Part shown: positions 25,242 through 37,544 of the stretch, piece by piece
Layout: every line of letters starts with the position of its first letter
How positions within the stretch are numbered: position 1 is the first letter of the stretch
From: Eledone cirrhosa
Lineage: Eukaryota
NCBI GenBank assembly: GCA_964016885.1
Contig: OZ024740.1
Span: 128,340,001 to 128,404,000 of the forward strand
Length of the DNA: 64,000 bases
Reading direction: 5' to 3'
The notes under the pieces: generated by a model
Told to the model about the DNA's origin: nothing
Seen by the model: the letters and a program-made list of their open reading frames with translations, nothing else
Database searches by the model: none
Translations under genes and position numbers: made by a program

Positions 25242-28182
25242 AAGCACAATGAAAGGAGGAGCAGGAGATATCGTAGAGATGCTAGAGCGAAAGGAAATTG
25301 ATGTATGATGTGTGCAAGAGACTACATGGAGAGGAGAGTCTGCTAGAGTCCTTGTAGGAAAAAGTCAGTGCTACAAATTTTTCTATGTGGGTAATTACGA
25401 TGGGATGGGTGGTGTAGGTATACTACTAGCTGACAAGTGGGTAGATAAAGTAATCTCAGTGAACAGGATAAATGCAAGAATCATTAAACTCAGACTAGTT
25501 CTAAATAAAACAATTACCACAATAATATCAGCTTACGCACCCCAATCGGGGTTGCCAGATGAACTTAAGGATAGGTTTTACGAATCCCTAATGCAAACTA
25601 CTGCTCTAACAGACGACAATGACTTCCTAATCATTGCAGGAGATTTTAACAGACATGTAGGCAAACACTGTGACAGCTTCAATAGAGTACATGGAGGCCA
25701 TGGGGTTGGCACAAGAAATGAAGAAGGATTCAGACTTCTAGAATTCTGTGACGACAATGACATGTCGATATGTAACACAAACTTCAAAAAACCCGTCAAC
25801 CATCTGATCACCTATAGATCAGGGGAGCATTCTAGTCAGATAGATTTTATCCTCATCAGAGGACGTGACAGATGGATGGTCGTAAACACAAAAGCCTTCC
25901 CTAGTGAGGAATGTACCTCCTAACATAGCTTAGTTGTCAGCGACCTCACGGTCAGAACTAGACGAAACTGGAAACAGACGCCAACCTGGAGAAGAAAGAT
26001 ATGGAAGCTGAAAGAACCCTCAGCCAGTAACAGATTTAAAGATATTTTACTCAACGCCTACGACAGTAAAAAAGAACAGATAGAGACATTCAATGTAGAA
26101 GAGTACTGGGAGTTCCTAAAAAATAACTTACTAGAGGTGACAGATGAGGTCTGTAGCTGGAGTAAGACCACAAGCAGGAGGAGAATGACTTGGTGGTGGA
26201 ACAATAAGGTAGATGAGGCAGTTAAGGCCAAGAGACAGGCATGGAAAGAATGGAAGAATGGGGAAAGCAGGGTCCATTACATAGAGACCAAGAGGGAAGC
26301 TAGGCGACAAGTATACTTAGCTAGGAGGGAAGCAGAGGATAGAAGATTCAAGCATGTTTTGCAACGTGAGGACCAGAAACATGAGGTGTTCAAGATTGCG
26401 AGGCAGTGTGTCAGAGAGAATTGTGATGTCATTGGAGAGAAGTGTATCCGGAATGATACAGGTGAGCTTGCCCTCACAAGTGCTGAGAAGAAAGATGCAT
26501 GGAAGAGCCATTATGATAGATTACTAAATGAGGAGAATGCATGGGAAGACGATACCCTACCCCAAGTAGACCCTATAGAGGGGCCAGCAGTACAACTCAG
26601 CAGCAGCGTAGTAAGTAAGGCAATCAAAGATATGAAGATAGGGAGGGCAACCGGTCTATCGAGTATAGCTGCTGAGATGCTGAAGGCATCTGGGTCTGTA
26701 GGTCACACTATAACCAGACGCATTGTAACCAGGTAATACTACTAGGTGTCATACCAAAGGATTGGTGCAGTAGCATCATTGTCAACTGCTACAAAGGTAA
26801 AGGTAATGCACAAAGGTAAAGGTAATTTAGCATACAAGTTGGTGTCCACCAGGGCTCTGTTCTTAGCCCTCTCCTGTTCATCATAGTCCTGCAGGCAATA
26901 ACGGAGGAGTTTAAGACCGGATGCCCATGGGAACTCCTGTATGCAGATGACCTCGCACTTATAGCTGAATCTATGGTAGAACTAGAGATGAAATTCCAAA
27001 CTTGGAAGCAGGGACTCAAAGTCAACCTGGCAAAGACTAAGGTCCTTGTAAGTAGACTAGAAAACAGAACCCAGATCCCCTTAGGGAAATGGCCTTGCTC
27101 AGTATGTAGGAAAGGTGTAGATAGGAACTCCATTCTCAGCCCCAAATGCAAACAATGGGTACACAAGAGATGTAGCAGGATCTCAGGAAGCTTAATTAAG
27201 AATGTAGGCTTCACATGTAGCAACTGTGCTGGGACAGCAAGCAGCAAACAGCCACAGGAAACAAGTACCACCAATCTCTGGGAGGGCTCTGTAGAAACAG
27301 TAGACAGCTTCTGCAACCTAGGTGACCGAATTAGCAGCGGAGGTGGGTGTTCAGAAAGTACAATAACTAGGGTAAGAACGGGATGGAAGAAGTTCAGGGA
27401 ACTACTGCCACTGCTAGCTGCAAAAGGCTTTTCCCTCAAAATGGAAGGCAGACTGTATGATGCGCGTATACGAACAGCAATGTTACATGATAGAGAGACC
27501 TGGGCGCTGAAGGTGGAAGACTTACGTAGATTAGAAAGAAACGAAGCCTGCATGCTCTGATGAATGTGTAATAGTAATATACGTGAACGGCAAAGTATAA
27601 ATGAATTGAGAGAGAGACTGAGCATAAGAGGAATCAAATGCTGTGTGCAGGAGAGACGGTTGCGTTGGTATGGACATGTGATGCGTATGAAGGATGACAG
27701 ATGCATAAAAAGGTGCAGAGCACTAGAAGTCGATGGAAACCGCGGAGTGGGGACCCAAGAAGACCTGGGATGAGGTAATAAAAGCCTACCTTACCCAATT
27801 ACACCTCTCAAAGGCGATGACACACGACCGTGACCTCTGGCGTCACGCAGTAATACAGAGTACCCGACCTCCTATGGGTACAAGCTGAAGCATATAGACA
27901 ATATGCCCCCACATCCTCCCACTGCGAAGTGGTCGTGGATGTTCCACGGCAAAAAAGCACCCAGCCCACACTGTAAAGTGGACATGTAGGCGCCACGGAA
28001 AAAAGCACCCAGCACTCACTGTAAATGAGGTTGGTTTTAGGAAGGGCATCCAGCTGTAGAAATCAAGCCAAAATCAGTTCCTGTATGAGCAAGGCATGGT
28101 CAGCCAACCAGACACTGCCCACAATAGGACAACCCATCTAACCCATGCTAGCATGGAAGAACGGACGTAAAACGGTGATGAT
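25242..28182 (+). mobile_element. RTE family A, slightly 5'-truncated, part of RT deleted
   Basis: APE ORF 25312-25923 (VQET, GGVGILL, SAYAPQ, IAGDFN, SQIDFIL), linker 26137-26736 and C-terminal ORFs 26973-27773, then 3' UTR and gat tail. (TA)n on both sides. Confidence 0.93.
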
Positions 28183-28463
28183 ATATATATGTATATATAC
28201 TGAAATATATAGATGGAAAAATAAGCATTTAAATCACTTTTAATTGCTTACACGTTTCAAGAGAGTTATACATCAAATTATATAAAGGATGTTAGGTGAA
28301 AATTCGTAATAATCAAGATCTATGCATACAAAATTATATACAAATATTGTTTGTACTTCTCCATCTTCAGAGGATTAAAAACATACTTTGCAATTATATT
28401 CTATCATATATAATTCTCTACATACATTTGTTATTTGTATATATATATATATATATATACAAA

Positions 28464-29624
28464 TTAAGTTTATTTTAAAAACAACTCGGTCGAGAGCTTA
28501 ATTCGTTTTGTGCGGTTTTTGCAAATGTTTGCAATAACTACACATGCTGAATTCACTGGCCAAAATAGAGGTTTTCTCCCCTTAGAATCTCACATGTGCT
28601 TTCATAACCTGCGAGATTCTGGTGCAAGAAGAACAAAAACCTGTTGAGAAAGCGATGCCTTGTTCGATCATTATACCAAAAGCTTATTTTTTATAAGCAG
28701 ACAGTATTATTGATCTTGGTGTTGCAGAAACCCAATTTTGGAGTATTCCATCTTCCCCGGGGGTCAGGGTAACTATTTCAATCATATCTCAATTTGTTTG
28801 ACCCGTTTAGCTTGTTCGTTTTTTTGGCTATGGTGGTTAATGGCTTCTTAACCATCGTCTCAGCGTGTATGACCATTTTAACTTATGTTTATAGCTCTGG
28901 TATCTTCTTCATATCCATGGAGCGCTTGTCTGCACAATATGGAAGTTACATTTCACTAATTTCTACCCGCCGAAATGCGATTCTCGCTAAATTTATATTT
29001 GTATTAATCTCCCAAGTTAAACAATTAACCAGTTAATTTTTTTTTTTTTGGCTTTTTACTTAATTCTATTGACTGATTAATCGCTTAAGTTTATTTTAAA
29101 AACAACTCGGTCAAGAGCTTAATTCGTTTTGTGCGGTTCTTGCTAATTTTTGCAATATCTACACATGCTGAATTCACTGGCCAAAATAGGGGTTTTCTCC
29201 CCTTAGAATCTCACATTTGCTTTCATAACCTGCGAGATTCTGGCGCAAGAAGAACAAAAACCTGTTGAGAAAGCGATGCCTTGTTCGATCATTATACCAA
29301 TAGCTTGTTTTTTATAAGCAGACAGTATTATTGATTTAGGTGTTGCAGAAACCCAATTTCAGAGTATTCCATCTTCCCCGAGGGTCCGGGTAACTATTTC
29401 AATCATATCTCATTTTGTTTGACCGGTTTAGCTTGTTCGCTATTTTGGCTATGGTGGTTAATGGCTTCTTAACTATCATCTCAGCGTGTATGACCATTTA
29501 ACTTATGTTTCTAGCTCTGGTATCTTCTTCATATCCATGGAGCGCTTGTCTGCACAATATGGAAGTTGCATTTCGCTAATTTCTACCCGCTGAAATGCGA
29601 TTCTCGCTAAATTTATATTTGTAT
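28464..29624. repeat. Direct repeat, 621-bp period, ~1.9 units
   Basis: 28464-29004 matches 29085-29624 with scattered substitutions; bounded by TA tracts. Confidence 0.92.
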
Positions 29625-30520
29625 ATATAGATATATATGAGTGTGTGTGTTGTTATTCCTATTAGAATCAATCCTCACTTTCCCCTCTTTTCACTCCTCT
29701 TGCAGTTGCCTATTCAGCCTGTTACCAACAACCAATCATGTAGCCTTTACTCACTGTCTTTTCCCTTACACATCAATCTTTCTCGCACCAACCTCATCAT
29801 ATATATGTGTTCTCTTTGCTACCTTTTTATTCTCATTTCCAAACATAGTCTGCAGTTTAGTCAATGACGTGATAAATACTCTCATACTGATAGCCTAATA
29901 AAAACTACTGGAAACACCCAAATAACATGGTTGATATTAGGAGGACATTTAGTCATAGAAACCCTGCCAAAAAAAGAGTGAAGAGGACACTTCAATTGCT
30001 TCTCTAGTGTTGACACATCTAGAAATCACACTTAGTAAACACTTTAAAGTCATTGGTATTACAAAGGTTATCAAACTGGAAATGATGTCAAAATTATAAG
30101 TCCAGAAGGGGAGTAGTTCTGATTAAGTAGTGACTTGGTCTGTAATGATTTGTCCATTCCATGTCAACATGGGAAATATGAACGTAAAATGATTATGATG
30201 AGGATGATGATGGTGCTGTCTATAGTTACTTTAATGCCCAATTGTTATTGTTGATGTGTTTGTTTCCTCAGTTCAAAAGTGTGTTGCTGTTGTTGTTTCT
30301 CTTCTCAGTTCAAAAGTCTCAATGCTATCGCTATCAGATAGGTTTGTAAAAATCACTAAATCTCGCTACTTCACCAATTAAATAAAGTTAGGATCTCCTA
30401 AAATGTCTCTATTTAGACTGGAGTTAATATCTGCTCTGAAATGTCTAATCTCATTTTACTCAAATCTAAAAATTGTATGATTTGTTTATCTTTATGATTT
30501 TTGAAAACTTTATTATTATA

Positions 30521-30557
<37 letters not shown>

Positions 30558-30977
30558 TTGGGGATATGGGTGTATTCAGGAGGGGGAGATTGTTACAATT
30601 TGGAAAGTAAAAAAATTGATGTAGTATATTTCCTTTTAATTTTTCCTTCCTTCTTTCTTTTCTTCATCCTTCCCCTTTTTCACTCACACACTCAACCCTT
30701 CCTTCTTTACTTCCTTTGTCTCAGTCTTCTTCCTTCTCCCCCACTTCTTTATTCATTACTCACCCCTTCCTTCTTTACTTCCTTTGTCTCACACTTTCTT
30801 TCTTCCCCTCTCCCTTCTTCACTCACTCATTTCACCCCACATCGTTATCTCTTTTCATTTCTGACAGCCTTACATATATGAAGTTGCTATTGATTTAAAA
30901 ATTACCTTGTCAAATTCAATCAATGAATTTTTGAAAAGTAGCTCTCATGGAGAATGGCATAGCTACTTTTAGGACCA

Positions 30978-31029
<52 letters not shown>

Positions 31030-31153
31030 ACTGTTGCTGCTGCTACTACTACTGCTACTACTGCTGCTGTTGCTGCTGATGATGATGTTTCCACTACCAC
31101 CATCAGCACCACCACCAATACAACATTTACTAATGCTGCAGCCAGCACTACCA

Positions 31154-31184
<31 letters not shown>

Positions 31185-31220
31185 AATTGCTGCTGCTGCT
31201 ACTACTACTACTGCTTCTAT
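30978..31220. repeat. (CTA)n/(CTG)n/(CCA)n trinucleotide low-complexity tract
   Basis: Read directly; another (CTA)n lies at 30520-30556. Confidence 0.9.
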
Positions 31221-33547
31221 AATGGTTTGATTTCTTATTTAAATAGTAATAATTATAACAACAACAACAATAATGGCTGTGTCTTAAAGAACATATTTAA
31301 CCAACTGGGTGGAAACAGATTGGGTAGGCTGGATGATGCATCGAGTGTGAAAGAATAACAAGCACTGAATAAATAACCAAATACAAAATTCTACAAATTC
31401 ACTCTAGTGTTCATAAATTTTAAGCTCTCAGTTATTACTTATTTTTGAATATTTTATTTCATTGTTTTTTATTTATTCTTGTTCTTGTTTGTTTACTTGA
31501 TATTGTAATCTCATCATTGATTATGGTTATTATTATTAATATAGTTGTTGATGATGGTGTTACTGTTATCATTGTTTTTATCATCATCACCACCACCAAC
31601 AATAATTCTCTAGTTTACATTTATCTAAAAAAACAACATTTTTTAAAATATTATTGCATTCAAATAACTGCAACCCCACCTCAACTGAACTTGCTCCTTG
31701 ATTTCTTCTTTTTTCATTTCAATTGCATTATGTCCCCCCCCCCCCCCCTTCTTTCTCTTGCAAAATATATCTTTCTCTATCTATCTGTTTTTTTCTCTCA
31801 GTCTTTCCAAATTTTGTTACATGAGTGCTTTGTAAGCTGCTTGTTAGGATTATCCATTAGTTCGATTAGTAATTTCCTCAAATTGGAGATTTTTGGTGCA
31901 AGGATTATTATAAACTATGATGGAAGGAACATATTAGCAGCAAGTCTCTAAAATAACATGGAGCAAGTATTAAGCTGCAATGGTTTCATAAATTTATATT
32001 GCAAATCTTCCTACCTCCTTCATCAGCATACCCTCTACTTCTCTTAGATATCAATAATACCATATCTGCATCATATTTTTCATATCTTTGATCTACTTAG
32101 ATTTCATTGTTCTTGCTAACAAAATGAGAGATAATTTATCCAGCAAAGAAAATGTTTTAGGAAAATTGGAAAGCATATGGTCTTTAGAGAGGACATACTT
32201 TTCTTGGAAGTTCTGATTTAATGACACTAAACTTTTTTTTAGAGCAGTTGATTTTGCATAGAGTGTTTATTAGTTCCATATTGTTAATATGAAACCTGTC
32301 TGATTGCAATTAATGATATATCATTGTTAAGGTAAAGTGTATGGACAATTACTTTGCTACAATGACACCAGGAAAACTTATTTTGCCAAAATTAGCAGGA
32401 TAAAAGCTAAATTTAACTCTAATAGGATTTCAAGTCCATGATATAAATAAAAATCTAAATACTGTAAGGCATTTTAGTCTAGTGATCTACAATTTTGATT
32501 GAATAAGTAATGAATATATTTCTATAACTCATTTCAATGGACTTGATATCATTATAATTTTAATTATTAAGGTTATTTACATATTGTGAAGGCATGTGAT
32601 GTGGCCTAGTTGTTAGGGTGTGAGGTTCACAATAATCAGATCATGGGTTTATTTTTCAGATATGTAACACATTGTTTCCTTTAGCAAGACACTTTGGTTA
32701 GCATTTCAGCACTTTACTCAGCTGTAAATGAGCACCAGTAGTGGCTGGGGATTAATCCCATATTACACTAGAGTCTCATTCAGTGGGGAATCTTGTAATC
32801 TCAATCAATTAGCACCCCTGAAACTTCAATAAGGTCTGGAGTTTCTTTCAACTCATGAAAGCATGATATGGATGTAAAGTTATATCTCATAACACCTTTA
32901 AGTTATTGATTTTTCATTTTTTTACTATTCAGATGTTATTGTGATAGGGCAGTTGTTGTTTATGGGTGGCTAAACATGTGTAAAATACAAAGAAATCTCA
33001 ATAGGAAAGATATTCTAGGACGATAAATGATGTGATGTCATTGAGAAAACTATGGTATTTGTCTTGAGGTTAAATTCTCATTGATGTGTCTCAATGTATT
33101 CTGTTTTATTTGTGTAGATTCAAATCAGAGGACAAGAAATTCAATGTCATCATCATCATCACCATTTAATGTTCATTTTACCATGCTAGCAGGGGTTAGA
33201 AGAGTTATCTGTTGTGAGAAAAGCCAGAGAAGTAGACCATGTCTTGTTCACACACAACTATTTCTGGCCTAGTTCCTATGGTTAGATGACCTTCATAATG
33301 CCAATCACATTTACAGTATGAACTGGGTGTTTTTTATTGTGACACCAAAATGACCACTTTACATTGTGGACTGGCCTCTTTTTTTGTAAATCATAAATCT
33401 TTATGCTGTCCTATATGCTTGTATTTAGCCCATTGAAAGCTAATTATCTTTTCTTATGTTACCCTGCAATGTTGGGACTAGGTAACAATTGCAAATTAAA
33501 AAAAAAAACAATAGAAATAAGGGAATAGCTGATAAGTACTTATGTAA

Positions 33548-33806
33548 CTCAACACTTTTATTACAATATTTCTAACGAAAGGCACTGCTTATGATTTTCA
33601 ATAAATTCTTTTAAATATTAAGAATTTCTAGAATTTAGAAAAATAACTTTGTCATTTTTAAGTTCCTGTTTAGAACATAATCTAAGAAAAGTTCTTACAT
33701 AAAGTTAAAGTGGAAGATTTGATTTTAAATCTGAACACTTCAAAACAAATGTATTTGAGTCATAGAACCAGGGATGCTTCTGACAGTTTTGTATCAGAAG
33801 GTTTAA
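33548..33806. mobile_element. Possible old TTAA-type MITE
   Basis: Right end gtatcagaaggtttaa resembles a CCC-type TIR plus TTAA; the left end is degraded. Confidence 0.3.
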
Positions 33807-34489
33807 CAGTTTTCAGTTTTTACTTTGCTAAAATGCAATTTGAAACTCATTTATTCAGTTGAAATGTTGGAATATAATTTCTTTCTTAAACCCAATTCTT
33901 CAATTTATCAATTTCAATTTTTTTCTTCATATTACTATTTTGTAAGTGTAGCTATAATTGATGATCTCCATACCAAGAGAAGAGTATGGTGATCATGAAA
34001 GTTGATAATGAATGCAGACTTGTGTGTGTGTTCATAGACTTTACAGTCAACAACTGAAAGCTGCTTCCTATAAATGATATCGTATGAAAGATTTATCCAC
34101 ACTGTCTCTCCTCAACTTCTTCAGGGTCGGACGCCATGCTTTGCAGCATAGTTACGTCCCTTTGCAGCATAGTTACGCCGAGGTTAACTTTGCCTTTCAT
34201 CCTTACGGGGTCGATAAAATAAAGTACCAGTAATGCACTGGGTAATTGCTGGCCTTGTGCCTAAAGTAGAAACAATTATCTTAATAGGCAATCTCTTTCC
34301 CTGCTTGCTAGGCAGAATTGAAAGTACATGTTTCCACTAGCTTTCTGTTTGCTCATTTAATGAAGTCGAAAAGTGAAAATCAACAATTAAGTGATCATTT
34401 TTTCTTTAAAATAACGAGGATCATTATTAAAAGTCTTGAATTGAAAATTAATAAATAAATTAAGAGAGATTATGTCAATGATACCATGT

Positions 34490-36094
34490 TATCCACAAAT
34501 TACACCCACCAGTCTTGATATCATTTCAAACACCTCTATGCATATAAATCCTGCCCATGAAATTTATGAACAGGAGAGGTGAGAGTATGAATCCTTTGTG
34601 GAGACTAATACCCACATTGAATGGTTACAATTCTTCACTATTTATCTGAATACAAATACTAGGGCATTTGTATAGAGACATCAGGATATAAGAAACTATC
34701 CTTCAGTTCTATACTTCACCTGAAACTTTCCACAGCAGATCCCATGGAATGGGGCATATGCCTTTTCAAAGTCTACAAAAGAAGCACACACCTCTTGGCA
34801 ATATTCCCGCAATTTCTTAAAGACATGCAGCACTGTGAATATTTGGTTGGCTGTGCTGCATCCAGAGCAAAAACTAAACTGTTCATCAGCTAGCTTGGAT
34901 TTGATTATATCCCTACATATTTTGCTAGACACTTACCATAGACTTTCCCATGGATGCTTAATAATGTGTCCCCTCTCTTGTAATCTCTCTTGTCCCTCTT
35001 TGAATATTGGGATTATCATTGCAAATTGCTATTGCTTAGTTGTCTTTCCAGATATCCAGGCCACCCAGCACACTCAAGGCAGACAGAAAATTTAAGGCTT
35101 TTGACATATTGGGCCGAATTTGATCCTCTTCAGAGCCCGTACCACATTTAAGTACTTTAATTGCTCTTATGTCAGCCTCCAAGAGGTTAGTCATTGTTCC
35201 AAGACACACCACTTGTACATCAGAATATGCTTTTGTGATTGTGTTTAGAAGATTAGCAAAGTACTCTCTCTAACTTGTAAAAGTGCAACTCTCTGATAGT
35301 AGATGTGGAGGAGAAATCTTATTCTGAAGTTGGTGGATAGTCTACCAGAGTACCTTATTGGCTGATCAAGAGTCAAATTTCAGCTTAACCACAAAAGTCC
35401 TCCCATGTCTTAACTCAGCACAAGATAATCTCTGATATGCACTTTATAGGTTTATTGCTGCTAAGACTGAGAAACAGATCTTCTCAAGGAAACCTCTGCA
35501 GTGCACTGTACATTTGAGAGGAGTTTCATTGAAGCAGGTAAAGTTCAAGTATATCGGTGGCTGTATTTATGAGTGATGGAAGGCAGAGGCCTGAATTAAG
35601 TGCAAATATTGTAGGAACTATTGCAGTAATGTGCCAGCTTTAGTTTTCAGTCATCAGAAGAAGGGAGGTAGGTGTAAAAGCCAAACTGACTATTCTCAAT
35701 TTTATATTATTCGTGCCAACCCTTTCCAATAGTCATGAATCTTGGGTAATGACCAAAAGAATAGGATCACAAATACAAGCAGCTGAAGTGAGATTCCTCT
35801 GAAGGGTCTCAGTATTCGATAGACTACGTAGCTCAGAGATCAGAGAGTTGCTCCAGGTAGAGTCACTACTTCTCTAAATTGAGAGACCACAGTTCCAATA
35901 CTATGGACATGTGGTTAGAAGGTGTTAGAGGAGAATTGCTGGATATATTTTAAGGGCAAAACAGCTGGCAGGAGAGCAAAGAGTAAACCTCAAGCAAGAT
36001 GGTTGACTAACATGAATAACATGCTTGGGAATCCAATTGGATCAATTGAAAATTGACAGGTCACCCTGGAAAGTATGCAAAAGTACTCTATTAC
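34490..36094. mobile_element. Old RTE (Expander/BovB-like, distinct family) with inverted 5' part
   Basis: Minus 34490-35460 encodes EQFSF..STANQIFT..FVDFEKAY and GISLHKGFILSPLLFI. Plus 35461-36094 encodes post-YADD RT/C-terminal remnants, followed by a (GAA)n tail. Confidence 0.7.
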
Positions 36095-36263
36095 AAGAAG
36101 AAGAAGAAGAAGAAGAAGAAGAAGAAGAAAAAGAAAAGAAAAAGGAAAAAAAGAAAAAGAAAAAGATAAAGAAGAAAAAGAAAAAGATAAAGAAAACAAA
36201 GAAGAAGAAAAAGAAGAAGAAGAAGAAGAAGAAAAAGAAAAAGAAGAAGAAGAAGAAGAAGAA
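36095..36263 (+). repeat. (GAA)n-rich purine tract, likely an expanded LINE tail
   Basis: Read directly; immediately follows the RTE 3' end. Confidence 0.9.
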
Positions 36264-37020
36264 GTGTTAATATACATGGCAGTGTGGATGATGACATTTT
36301 TTCTTTCCTCTGCACTAACAGATTTAACTGAACTTCATTCAAACTGTAAACATTTTAAAATGTGCATCATGTCCTCTCTAATGTGCTAATTTATTGTTTT
36401 TATAACGTTTGTGGATTTTTCCTTTATTTTGTCTCTTTTCTTATTATTTTCTATTTATGAAAGCTTTCATTCAGGCTTAAAGTACTTGCATTACGTTGGC
36501 ATTCAAGTAGTGTTGTCTTTTCACGTTTCTTTCCTGCTTGTTATTTCACGAGTCAACAAGCATGCAAAATAAACCTAAAGCTAAACTGTTAAACTGGAAG
36601 CAAAATGAAATAAGTAGAAGTATTGTGGTAGCTTAATGGAAAAAAAAATTGTGAAAAAGAAATTCTATGTTCATTGAGCTTGTGAATTGTACTTTGCTTG
36701 TTCAAATCTTGATAATATGTTACTTCAGTATATACAGTGGAATAGTTGTGCAAATATATACTCTAATCAAATGGTCTCCTTGTTACCTTATTTTTTATGC
36801 TTTGTAGCAAGCATTTGATTTTTTGGAATTTTGGGGTTCTAAATTCTTTTTAGCAGTTGCTTTGCCAATTTAGACTTTCTAAAGATATTTATAAATATAT
36901 GTCCCGGCTAGACCATATTGTTTAGAATGTTGATTGCCAATCATGTAGTTTTGGAGTCTATCCCTCTATGTGATACCTCGGGCAGTATCTTCTAACCCTG
37001 GGGGAACCAGTGTCTTGAGA

Positions 37021-37112
37021 ATAAAATTTGGTAGATAGAAAATATAAGCAAAGCTATCATATATATATATATATGATAGGTTTGCTTATATTTTCTATCT
37101 ACCAAATTTTAT
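37021..37112. repeat. 92-bp palindrome centred on (TA)n
   Basis: ataaaatttggtagatagaaaatataagcaaagctatca(ta)n tgataggtttgcttatattttctatctaccaaattttat, with one mismatch. Confidence 0.92.
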
Positions 37113-37544
37113 ATATATATAATCATCACAATCATCATTTAATGGCAATTAAATGATGATAATTTATATACATCTCTCTATGATGGCTACCCTCTCTCTA
37201 TCTATCTCTAAGTCACCCATTACCTCCCGTTCTCTCTTCACCCATTCCACGTCACTCAACTTGAAGCTATTGCAGAGATAAGACACTCTATTCTGAAAGG
37301 CTAAAATGAATCACTAGAGTTGATTTGGCTTCATTCCAGTCATCCATCCATACAAATTTTATGAAGGTATTTCAGCTCCCACAACACATTTACTTTGTTA
37401 TTCTCCTACCATGCTGACTCTGTCTCTGTTTATTCTTCTTCTACCATTCTGTCTCTGTCTATTTTTCCATCAAAGGCTACAGGCCATGACTGGCTATTAT
37501 TATTAATATTATTGTTGATGTATTCTATCGGCTACTATGCCATG

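Noticed and set aside
30947-31222. Poly-Leu / poly-Ala-Val ORFs
   Set aside because: Translations of CTA/CTG microsatellites.
31445-31951. 168-aa hydrophobic ORF as a membrane protein
   Set aside because: Non-ATG start, low-complexity T-rich sequence, no domain motif or splice support.
35990-36389. Poly-Lys/Glu/Arg ORFs
   Set aside because: Translations of the (GAA)n tract.
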